Virus record (IMG/VR): IMGVR_UViG_3300026279_000196
Span: 1 to 26,431 of that record
DNA: 26,431 nt
Origin: a virus
Taxonomy: Duplodnaviria > Caudoviricetes
Strand: one strand, 5' to 3'
Within the stretch, counting starts at the first letter, position 1. Each line of letters starts with the position of its first letter. Below, piece by piece: positions 8,526 through 17,068 of this stretch. A model generated the notes under the pieces. It was not told the DNA's origin, ran no database searches, and saw nothing but the letters and a program-made list of their open reading frames with translations. Position numbers and translations under genes: made by a program.

Positions 8526-11500
8526 TTATACTGCTAATGCAATACCTCTTAAATCTCTTATTATTGGTGGATAAGCAGAGTTTGTTCCTACCATAACTAT
8601 TTTAATTTGGAAAGTACTGAACTCATTTAATCCACTTGCACTATATTTGTATTCGTTATATGTTTCATCATTTTCAGCTGGCGTCACTGTATTGTCTTCT
8701 TCGCCACCTGTATTGAAAGCTGTCCAACCTATATCATCAATATTTCTTGATTCTTCCGAACCTGATAATCTGTAATAAAGTTTAACACTAGAAGTAGCTC
8801 TTACGTTTTGTGTTAATCTAACATCTAAAGCAGTTGAGTTGTTTTCTAGAACAATTGGTCTAGTTATGTAAACAGCCGCTGATGATGATCCTGAACTTTC
8901 TATATCTGAAACATAATCAGGTGTATTAATTGTAGTTGGTTTATTAATTCTGTTTTGAACTACATACGCACTAACTCTTTGCATGTCTAATACAGGAGAA
9001 AGTTTAGTATTTGATGTAGTTAATGTTAAGTTAACAAATAAAGACTTATTACCTAACATTTCATTAGTCTCATTGATTGCACTAGCAACCATTTGAGGAG
9101 CATTAAAGTAAATATTGTCATTAGCAATAGTAGCTACAGCGTCTGTAGCACTTGTTAAACTAAATTCTGTTTCTGTACCATGAACTGATTTACCAGTTGT
9201 TGGTCTCATGTTGTAAGAGATACCTGTACCTGGTACACTTACTGTTTGTAAATTTAAATTCATTACATCGTACAATCTATTCTGCGTTGCTGTTATAACT
9301 GAACCACCAACATCGCCTGTTGCATTTGCCGTACCACTTGTTGTAATATCATAACTATCTAAAGTCACGTTATCAATACTTGTGTATGTTCCATTAATAT
9401 CACTATGAGCAATACCATTGTAAGTACCTGATGGAACTCCAGCAATTGTGACATTGTTTGTATATTTTCCATGCATACCGTGGTTAGGATGTGAAACTCT
9501 AATTACACCAGACGTATCTGTTGTTCTTAATGCATTTGTTTTTAATGTTCTTGTAGGTAAGTCGTCATTACATAACGTCACTGTACCCGTAACATTTTCA
9601 AATTCTGCTCTTTTAATTTTAAATTTAATATCTTCGTTTTGTTCAGCAGTCCAAGTAGAACCGTTTTGAGATTTGAACATAACACCAGCGTATGGTTGTT
9701 GAGAAATTGTTCTATCTGAATTTATTACTTTTTCACCTAATCTTCCAACATAACAGTTGTAGTTATTACAGTTAGACATTACAACAAAACAATATTCTGT
9801 ATTTTCTAATAAGTAAACTGGTGAATCAAAAGTAAATGTTGTAGCTGTTGCTGAGTCTGTACTTATTGATACTGCACTTGGATTTAAAGTTTTTTCAGAG
9901 AAAGGAACAACTCTTTTTCCTGGATAACCATTTACAACTTCTCTAATTTGTACTGTTACCGGAATGTTAGCGTCTTTTGAACTAAAGTATAAGTCCATAG
10001 AAGTTAAGAATACACCACCAGCGTCATCAATCATAAATGTTTGTGCTAATGGATCAGTCCAACCGATTGTAGTTTCTGTTCTTCTTGTTCTTGTTTGTGT
10101 TCCTCTACTAACTGTTTCAACTGTACTTTCTCTAACAGTTAATGGTTCTCTTGTAGAAATAATTGTTTCTTGTACTGTTTCTAAAGCACCTTTAGCTATA
10201 TAATCAGCTTCTCCTGAAGTTTCAACTGCCGTACTTAATGTGTTTGTTGATGAACTTGTTAATCTGAATACTCTTTGACCTGTTCTCCATCTAGGATTAC
10301 CACTAGTTTTTGGATCAGGTATAGCAAACGTTCCTGATACTGCACCGTTAACGTCTGTCACTAGATTACCACCTAGAGAACCACCGTTTGGTGTGACATA
10401 ACTTGATATGTCTATATTATCAAAGAAAGGATATACTCTTGTTTCAGGTTTCATTCTTGTTGCGTTAAATGTTAATGTTCTACTTCTTAAAAAAGGAACA
10501 ATAGCAACTGATACAACTCTGTCACCTATTGAATTTCTTACTACTTGTGGAACTATTCTTGTTCTTATACCTGTTCTTGTAGCTCCCAATTGACCTGTTT
10601 CAGTAATATCTGTATGTCTAACGATTCTTCTACCTCGTCTACCTGTACCTACATCACGTCTACCAACTTCTCTTGGTGTTCCTGACCAAAACTCTTGCCA
10701 TTCGTTCCAAACAGTACCTATCTCTACACTTTGTAAATTAGGATTTCCTAAATTTTGTACTAACGTGTCAAAGCCACCTGTTCTATTAACAACTAATTCA
10801 GGTGCTCTTTCTGTTTCTTTCCATTCGTCTGACGGAGGTGTTAACGCAATACTTCCAGTCCAACTAAAAATGTCAAATGGGTTTACGTTAACAAATTTAC
10901 TTGCGAAAGGTTGGTCAATTAAAGTTGCCTCGCTATAAGGTAGAGTGATCAAGTCTCCTGTTTTCGCATACTTAGCTTCGGTTCTATCCAAAGCAGTAAT
11001 AGTCGTTCCGTCATTATCACTTTCAATCAATTGTACGGCGTCTTCATTAAACATCGGTCTTAATTCACCTCTTGCCATATCCATTGAAGCCTTGTAGTCT
11101 AAATTTCTTACATCACCTATACTATGTCCTGTAAAATTGTCTACTATAAATCCATTCTTAAATCTGTCAAATCCTTCTGCGTCTTGTACTTGTAAATTTT
11201 GAGCTTCCATTTCTAATAATGAAAGTTGAGTGTAGTATTCAATATTCTCAATTCTATTTTCCAATCTACCAATGTCTCTCATAGTATAACGTTTGTTGTC
11301 CACTTTAGTAATAGTAATATCGTCTGTATCAAGTGTGTATGCTGGTATATCTAAAGTGTATAAATGCATTGCACCATCTAAATTTTTTGGAGATTGAGGT
11401 ACTAACGCACTAGCGCCTTCAGCTATTTTAAAAGCACCATCTTTATCTAAAAATACTTTGTCTATTCTTGGTAAGTAATATTCTAAATCTGAAGTTATAT

Positions 11501-14500
11501 CAGTACCAAATTTAACAACATCAACTGTTGAAGCACCAGCACCGTTATAATATCTGTCAATTTCTCCTTTATTGATTGTAGAGTTATCATCAACTCTAGG
11601 TCTAAAGTCTAAACAATCTCTTAACTCATAAGTTTCGCCTGTAGTATCCGAAGTATGAGAAGGAATATCTTTATAGTCAACAACTCCTGAATAACTATCT
11701 ACAGTAAATACATCTCCTGAACCATGAGAGAAATAATCAACATTAATTTGAATAGAACCTGTTGGATCTACTGCACCTTTTTTTAAATATACTCTACCTA
11801 TATCATAGAAGTTATCTCTTTGTCCGTTGTCTAAAGTAAATCTATCTGTAATATCAACTTCTCCTGAAGATGAATAAGTACCAAAAGCAGTTGCCATTTT
11901 AACAGAATTTAATTTGTAAATATCACATCTGCTTAATCTCATACCACCTTGTTTTTTAATATCTGCTAAAGTTGTATGATTTCTTGTAAATCCTGTAACT
12001 AAAGATTTTGTTTTTTCTTCTACAACTGATCTATTGATTGTTGCTAAAATTTTAATTTTATGTCCTGCATAATTAGAACCAAAATCTAAAATTAATGATT
12101 TACCTACTGGAGAACCACTTAATGAAAATATTGTATCTCCTTCGTGATTATTTCCTTGTAGAGATAAAAAATCTCCTACTGCACCTGTACCACCAGAACC
12201 AGTTGACATAATTGAAACTGAAAAATCTGAATCTCCTAAAGATGTAAATGATTCGTTTGTACCTGCTGAAATAGTTGCGTCACCATTTGATCCTAATGTT
12301 GCTGTAAAATGTCTTCTAATTTTAAAGTTTGTATCACTAGCACCAGAGTTAGAAGTTGTTTTTAACGTCTTAACTGTTTCATATGGTAATTGAAATATAG
12401 AAATATTTTTATTTGAATCTTTGAATGTTGCTCTGTTTCTATTTGCACTTGTTTTAGTTGAAACATCTGAACCACCAACAGCGGCTGATAATTCTAAAGA
12501 AGTATCTGAAATGATTGCCTCAACAAGTCTAGTTATTGAACTACCTGCGTCTGTAGTAAATGTAATTGAGTCACCAATTCTTAATTCTGTATTAAATTTT
12601 GTATTGAAACCTGTAGCTGTTGTACCACTATTTGCAATTGATAATGTACCTGTAATTGTTAAACTTTCTCCGTATGTAGAATCTAAAATTGTATCTGCTG
12701 TAAAATCTGGAGTACCAGGCATACCAATTTGTTTTGTAGATGAGAAATCATATGAAGTAGCACCTTTAAATCCTCTAGAGTCTGCTTGAATAGAAGCAGT
12801 GTTAGATGAAATACCACCTGTTATAGTTTCTCCAGCTGTAAATGTTCCTGATACGTTATATAATACTACAACTGATTGATCTGCTGTACCACCACTTGTG
12901 TACGTAGTAAAACCTGAACTATCTACATCTAATTCAAAATTTGAACTAGTTGGATTTTTAACTGTATAAGTGTTACCATTTAATTCTGTCATACCACCAA
13001 CACTGTTAATTGTCACTTGTTGTCCATCTTGTAAAGTGTTTGAAGCAGTAATAACTACAGGATTAGCTTTTGTTGCACCTGTAATTGTATGTTGGTTGCT
13101 TGTTGATAATTGATCAACAGTACCTTTGGCACCTGAAGTACCACCTGTAATTTCTTCTCCATTTGTAAATGCTTGATTTTTAGCACAGTTTAAATGAGTA
13201 AACATAACAGTATCAAATAGATAATGTTTGAATACGTTAGTTGTTGCACCTGAACTAGAGTAAGCACCACTAACAGCAGTACCCGATGAAAATTCAAATC
13301 CTCTAGACTTAGCACGACCAATTGATTTTATATCTGAACCTGATCCTACATTTTCCGTTCCTCTTACAGCTGTTTCTTCTCTATATAAACTTACATTTTT
13401 AAAAGCTGCAACATCGCCTGATACAAATCCAATATCTGGAGAACCATAAACATTATTTACATGTACATAGTTACCTACATCAAATCTTGTATTGCTATTA
13501 TTTTGTGTATCAAAATCTCTTGCTTTATTTACATCTATAAAGCTTGTACCTAAAGTTTCTATTTCATAACCTTTAACGTATGCTTTACCTGGTCCCATGC
13601 CGGCTGCAATTTTAGTTTCTAAACCACCATCGCTTGAAGTGTAAATACCTCTGTTAGTACCTGATATTAAATGTTCTCTTAAATCTATATCAAAATCTCT
13701 TACTGAATAATCTCCTGATTCATCAAAAGTACGTCTTGCTAATGTATCTTCTAATATAGCATATTCAGTTGTTCTAACTTGGTTTTGTATAATACCATTT
13801 TTTAATCTTAATAACTCTACAAAGTTTGAATCGTCTGTAGCAGATAAAGATTTTTTAGTTAATGTTAAATCTATTTTAAATCTGTGAGCACCTGGAGCAT
13901 TTGTGTTTGAAACTCCTTGAGCATTATCATTTAAAGTTGCGTCATCATTTTGAGTTATAAAACTTTCTGCTACTGTTAAACCTACTCTGTATGATGGTGT
14001 GTTTGTGTATTTGTCTAATATCAAATCTTGATCACTTACTTTAACATGATAACCATTTATGTAATAAACACCTTCTTTAACTGAAGCTGCACTACCTGTT
14101 GCTGTAGTATTAACTACTGCTGAAACTGTTGTTGATGTAGATTGTAAAGTTGTTGCTACTGATATTGTTTCTGCGTCTGTAAAAGCAGTTGTAGTATTAT
14201 TAGTACCTGAATTTAGATACTTAACAAATAATGTGTTAGGGTCTGTTCCGTCTGTAGCAGCTGTATTAACAACTCTTGCTTTTAAACCTGAAGAAGCACC
14301 TGTTAAAGTTAAACCAACAAAATCTGTTAGTACAACACCAACGGCAGCTGAATCTGTAAATGAAGTTAATTTAACAGCAGAATATTGTAAGTCATAACTG
14401 ATATCACCAGGTATAACCATAGCGCCTTGTTCAAAGACATGGTCTGATAATCTTTCAATTTGATTTTGTAAGATTGATTGTGACTGTGTTAACTCTCTAC

Positions 14501-14603
14501 CTTGTACAGCGTATGCTGGTCTAAAAAGAACTCTATGAAACTTCTTTGTTTCGTTAAAGTCATCGTAGTAAGGCGAAAGGTTAAAGTCTGTTGGACTTGG
14601 CAT
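8526..14603 (-). CDS. Large VrlC-like / DUF4815 virion structural protein (baseplate-associated)
   Basis: N-terminal PYYDDF..KKFHRVLFRP..AVQGRELTQSQSILQNQI, LARRTFDESGDY, RYTMRDIGRLENRIENIEYYT, DRFKNGFIVDNF, DPLAQTF, C-terminal PPIIRDLRGIALA. Confidence 0.87.
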   Translation of the reverse strand: MPSPTDFNLSPYYDDFNETKKFHRVLFRPAYAVQGRELTQSQSILQNQIERLSDHVFEQGAMVIPGDISYDLQYSAVKLTSFTDSAAVGVVLTDFVGLTLTGASSGLKARVVNTAATDGTDPNTLFVKYLNSGTNNTTTAFTDAETISVATTLQSTSTTVSAVVNTTATGSAASVKEGVYYINGYHVKVSDQDLILDKYTNTPSYRVGLTVAESFITQNDDATLNDNAQGVSNTNAPGAHRFKIDLTLTKKSLSATDDSNFVELLRLKNGIIQNQVRTTEYAILEDTLARRTFDESGDYSVRDFDIDLREHLISGTNRGIYTSSDGGLETKIAAGMGPGKAYVKGYEIETLGTSFIDVNKARDFDTQNNSNTRFDVGNYVHVNNVYGSPDIGFVSGDVAAFKNVSLYREETAVRGTENVGSGSDIKSIGRAKSRGFEFSSGTAVSGAYSSSGATTNVFKHYLFDTVMFTHLNCAKNQAFTNGEEITGGTSGAKGTVDQLSTSNQHTITGATKANPVVITASNTLQDGQQVTINSVGGMTELNGNTYTVKNPTSSNFELDVDSSGFTTYTSGGTADQSVVVLYNVSGTFTAGETITGGISSNTASIQADSRGFKGATSYDFSSTKQIGMPGTPDFTADTILDSTYGESLTITGTLSIANSGTTATGFNTKFNTELRIGDSITFTTDAGSSITRLVEAIISDTSLELSAAVGGSDVSTKTSANRNRATFKDSNKNISIFQLPYETVKTLKTTSNSGASDTNFKIRRHFTATLGSNGDATISAGTNESFTSLGDSDFSVSIMSTGSGGTGAVGDFLSLQGNNHEGDTIFSLSGSPVGKSLILDFGSNYAGHKIKILATINRSVVEEKTKSLVTGFTRNHTTLADIKKQGGMRLSRCDIYKLNSVKMATAFGTYSSSGEVDITDRFTLDNGQRDNFYDIGRVYLKKGAVDPTGSIQINVDYFSHGSGDVFTVDSYSGVVDYKDIPSHTSDTTGETYELRDCLDFRPRVDDNSTINKGEIDRYYNGAGASTVDVVKFGTDITSDLEYYLPRIDKVFLDKDGAFKIAEGASALVPQSPKNLDGAMHLYTLDIPAYTLDTDDITITKVDNKRYTMRDIGRLENRIENIEYYTQLSLLEMEAQNLQVQDAEGFDRFKNGFIVDNFTGHSIGDVRNLDYKASMDMARGELRPMFNEDAVQLIESDNDGTTITALDRTEAKYAKTGDLITLPYSEATLIDQPFASKFVNVNPFDIFSWTGSIALTPPSDEWKETERAPELVVNRTGGFDTLVQNLGNPNLQSVEIGTVWNEWQEFWSGTPREVGRRDVGTGRRGRRIVRHTDITETGQLGATRTGIRTRIVPQVVRNSIGDRVVSVAIVPFLRSRTLTFNATRMKPETRVYPFFDNIDISSYVTPNGGSLGGNLVTDVNGAVSGTFAIPDPKTSGNPRWRTGQRVFRLTSSSTNTLSTAVETSGEADYIAKGALETVQETIISTREPLTVRESTVETVSRGTQTRTRRTETTIGWTDPLAQTFMIDDAGGVFLTSMDLYFSSKDANIPVTVQIREVVNGYPGKRVVPFSEKTLNPSAVSISTDSATATTFTFDSPVYLLENTEYCFVVMSNCNNYNCYVGRLGEKVINSDRTISQQPYAGVMFKSQNGSTWTAEQNEDIKFKIKRAEFENVTGTVTLCNDDLPTRTLKTNALRTTDTSGVIRVSHPNHGMHGKYTNNVTIAGVPSGTYNGIAHSDINGTYTSIDNVTLDSYDITTSGTANATGDVGGSVITATQNRLYDVMNLNLQTVSVPGTGISYNMRPTTGKSVHGTETEFSLTSATDAVATIANDNIYFNAPQMVASAINETNEMLGNKSLFVNLTLTTSNTKLSPVLDMQRVSAYVVQNRINKPTTINTPDYVSDIESSGSSSAAVYITRPIVLENNSTALDVRLTQNVRATSSVKLYYRLSGSEESRNIDDIGWTAFNTGGEEDNTVTPAENDETYNEYKYSASGLNEFSTFQIKIVMVGTNSAYPPIIRDLRGIALAV

Positions 14604-14614
14604 AGTTTCCTTCC

Positions 14615-16084
14615 TTAAAACTCAATGACTAGTTTAATATTTTCCGTTTGATCTGTTGCTCTTTGAATAGGTGCTCTGTTCTCTATGTACAATACATCGC
14701 CAGAGTCATGATCTATTTCAGAAGCAGAATACCCACTTGAAAATACAACGTTGTTTACTGTTGCTGAAACACCTGTGTCTGGTGTTCCTGTTGCTGAAGA
14801 CGTTTGACCAGTGATAACATGTGTGCTAGAAAAGGCAGTTAAGTTACCGTTAGCGTCAACGCCGGCGTCATTGTGTCTTGATTGAATATAATATAAAATT
14901 CTGTTTGTTGCGTCCCATTCTACAACTTTTCCTACTGCACCTGTAGTTGCTTGATTTATTTCTTCATCTACTACAAAAGTACCTGGAGTTGGAGAACTTG
15001 CCATATTTACTGCTCTTGTTCCTCTTAATGTTGAAGCTGTAGCAGCTGAACCTGAACTTTTTGGATCTCTTAATAAAGCAATTTTTCTGAAGTCGTTACC
15101 AGCATGGAAATCTCCAGAGTTTGCTGATTCTGTTCCTTCTAAATTTACATTTAACATTACAAAGAAACCACCTAATTCTTCTATTGCATTAAAACCATGA
15201 CCACCTTTTGGAGAGATAATCACATCTAATTCTGCACCTGTTAAATTTGTTGCACCAGCAGCTACTATTTCTGCATTTGAAACTGTACCAAAAGTATAAC
15301 CTGATCCAACGTTAGTCATAGTTACCGAAGTGACAACGCCACCTGAAACTACAACGTTAGCAGCTGCATTTGATCCGTCACCTTTAATTGTAACCGAGTG
15401 AGTACCATCAGTACCACCTGAACCACTTGCTTTAATTTTTATACAATTAATTGATCCGTCTATAGCAGCTGAACTAACAGTTGAGTTAGTTGAGACTCCC
15501 ATAAAATCAGTTGATAAGAAATTTGATTGTTGAGCCGCTGACATAGTGTACATATATTTCCATTGGTAACCATCAGCAGTTGTTATAATACTAGTACCTG
15601 TACCAGATGGTTCGTTTGTTGAAGCAGTATTGCCATCATTGTCAATACACTTATAAACGTTTCTATCTGTAGTTAGTACATAAAAATTAGCGTCATGTAA
15701 AGTTGTTGCACCACCATTAGCAGTATTTCTAGTAGAAGTACTACCAGTCACATATTCTCCATAGTCGTGTCTGTAAATATCGTATGTTGTTCCAGTTGCC
15801 CAATTTCTTCTTGGTACTGCAAAACTAATATCTGAACTTGTAATTTTTTTAGCAGCTAATAGATCATCAAAAGTATTAAACTCTGCAACAACAGTATCAC
15901 CTGGTATAATTGGTGCTGAGTCTGTTCCTTCGTAATCTGTACGGCCATCACCTCTTGTAGATGTACCGAATGCTTGTGGTCTTCCAAGACCTAGGTAATA
16001 AACTTGTGGAGAAGCTTCCGTAAAAGATTCGTGAAACTGCTCACTATTGTTTATTCTGAATTTTGTTGTTATTATCGCTGGCAT
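14615..16084 (-). CDS. gp8: Baseplate wedge subunit gp8-like
   Basis: VPRRNWxxGTTYDIYRHDY, FYVLT..VYKCIDN, DGYQWKYMYT, PKGGHG, SGDVLYIENR.PI.R..DQTENIKLVIEF. Confidence 0.9.
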   Translation of the reverse strand: MPAIITTKFRINNSEQFHESFTEASPQVYYLGLGRPQAFGTSTRGDGRTDYEGTDSAPIIPGDTVVAEFNTFDDLLAAKKITSSDISFAVPRRNWATGTTYDIYRHDYGEYVTGSTSTRNTANGGATTLHDANFYVLTTDRNVYKCIDNDGNTASTNEPSGTGTSIITTADGYQWKYMYTMSAAQQSNFLSTDFMGVSTNSTVSSAAIDGSINCIKIKASGSGGTDGTHSVTIKGDGSNAAANVVVSGGVVTSVTMTNVGSGYTFGTVSNAEIVAAGATNLTGAELDVIISPKGGHGFNAIEELGGFFVMLNVNLEGTESANSGDFHAGNDFRKIALLRDPKSSGSAATASTLRGTRAVNMASSPTPGTFVVDEEINQATTGAVGKVVEWDATNRILYYIQSRHNDAGVDANGNLTAFSSTHVITGQTSSATGTPDTGVSATVNNVVFSSGYSASEIDHDSGDVLYIENRAPIQRATDQTENIKLVIEF

Positions 16085-16096
16085 AATTGTTATTCC

Positions 16097-16104
16097 TATT
16101 TATA
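16097..16104 (-). promoter_or_regulatory. T4 late promoter TATAAATA
   Basis: Exact consensus, 12 nt upstream of the gp8 ATG (16084). Confidence 0.85.
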
Positions 16105-16112
16105 ATACTTTC

Positions 16113-17039
16113 CTATGATGTTGTTCCAATAATTGTTTTTAATGTAGTACCACTAGAGTTTTTTACTAGTAGAGTTGACGTATTAGATAGTGATCCCATA
16201 GTGATAGAACCACCAGTTATTGCAACTGCATTAGCATTTTGAGCAGCCATAGTACCTATTGTACCTAAAGCAGTATTAACAAAAGCACTACCGTTCCACT
16301 GTAAAATATCACCACTTGCGATACTTGTCAAAGTGACATCTGACATTTCAGATATTTCGTCATTTGCTGTAATATTTGAATCAACGTATTGTTTTGTTGC
16401 AATACCTAAATTTTTTGTTGGGTTACCAAATACTGTAACCTCACCTGTACTATCTCCTTCCAACCAAGTTGTCAAAGTAGAACCATCTGATCCTGCAATT
16501 ATCATTGCTCTAGTTTCACCTGCTGTATTACCAGAGGCATTTCCTATAATAACATTACCTGATCCAGTTTCTATAGTTTGACCTGCATTATAACCTACAA
16601 AAGTATTGTGTTGTCCTGAAGATACTTTTACACCTGCGTTTGCGCCTATAACAGTATTTTTTTCTCCTGTTGCGTCTTTACCTGCTGAGTGTCCTACAGC
16701 TACACTTTTTCCTGAAGATGTAACTGATTGTAAAGCTGCAAAACCCACGGCAACGTTATCGTCTCCTGAAGTAATTGCTCTTAAAGATGTTTTACCAACA
16801 GCAACGTTTTCTTGTGCTGAACTCAAAGTACCTGTCACCGAGTGACCGATCATTATAGAGTTTGAGAAGTTTGTTCCTTCTTGTTTACCAGTAATTACAC
16901 CAGTACTTAAATTTGTACCATCTCCGAAAGTAGTATAGATTTCGTTAAAGTTATCGTTAATTAAATCGCCACCAGCTCTAATAGTAGAACCTGTGCCGTC
17001 ATTAGGAGTTGAACCGATTGCTATTGTTTGTTTTGCCAT
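16113..17039 (-). CDS. Baseplate-attached fibre: gp9/gp10-type N-terminus plus adhesin-like beta-repeats
   Basis: MAKQTIAIGSTPNDGTGSTIRAGGDLINDNFNEIY is a gp9/gp10-like anchor. About 8 repeats of N-x-x-(V/I)-G with ~17-aa period, ATKQYVD neck, SDVxxxxxxxGDILQWNG module. Confidence 0.8.
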   Translation of the reverse strand: MAKQTIAIGSTPNDGTGSTIRAGGDLINDNFNEIYTTFGDGTNLSTGVITGKQEGTNFSNSIMIGHSVTGTLSSAQENVAVGKTSLRAITSGDDNVAVGFAALQSVTSSGKSVAVGHSAGKDATGEKNTVIGANAGVKVSSGQHNTFVGYNAGQTIETGSGNVIIGNASGNTAGETRAMIIAGSDGSTLTTWLEGDSTGEVTVFGNPTKNLGIATKQYVDSNITANDEISEMSDVTLTSIASGDILQWNGSAFVNTALGTIGTMAAQNANAVAITGGSITMGSLSNTSTLLVKNSSGTTLKTIIGTTS

Positions 17040-17048
17040 TTCTATCTC

Positions 17049-17068
17049 TATTTATAGTTATATTTATA
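17049..17068 (-). promoter_or_regulatory. Tandem T4 late promoters TATAAATA-TAAC-TATAAATA
   Basis: Exact consensus at 17061-17068 (overlapping the gp7 stop) and at 17049-17056, 9 nt upstream of the ATG at 17039. Confidence 0.85.

Noticed and set aside
8526-14603. Intein or intron in the 2025-aa gene
   Set aside because: The ORF is uninterrupted and I saw no Hint-type splice motifs or homing endonuclease signature.
7648-16178. Diversity-generating retroelement or invertible tail cassette behind the shared fibre tag
   Set aside because: Differences are mostly synonymous and not adenine-specific, DNA identity is modest, and no reverse transcriptase or invertase is present.
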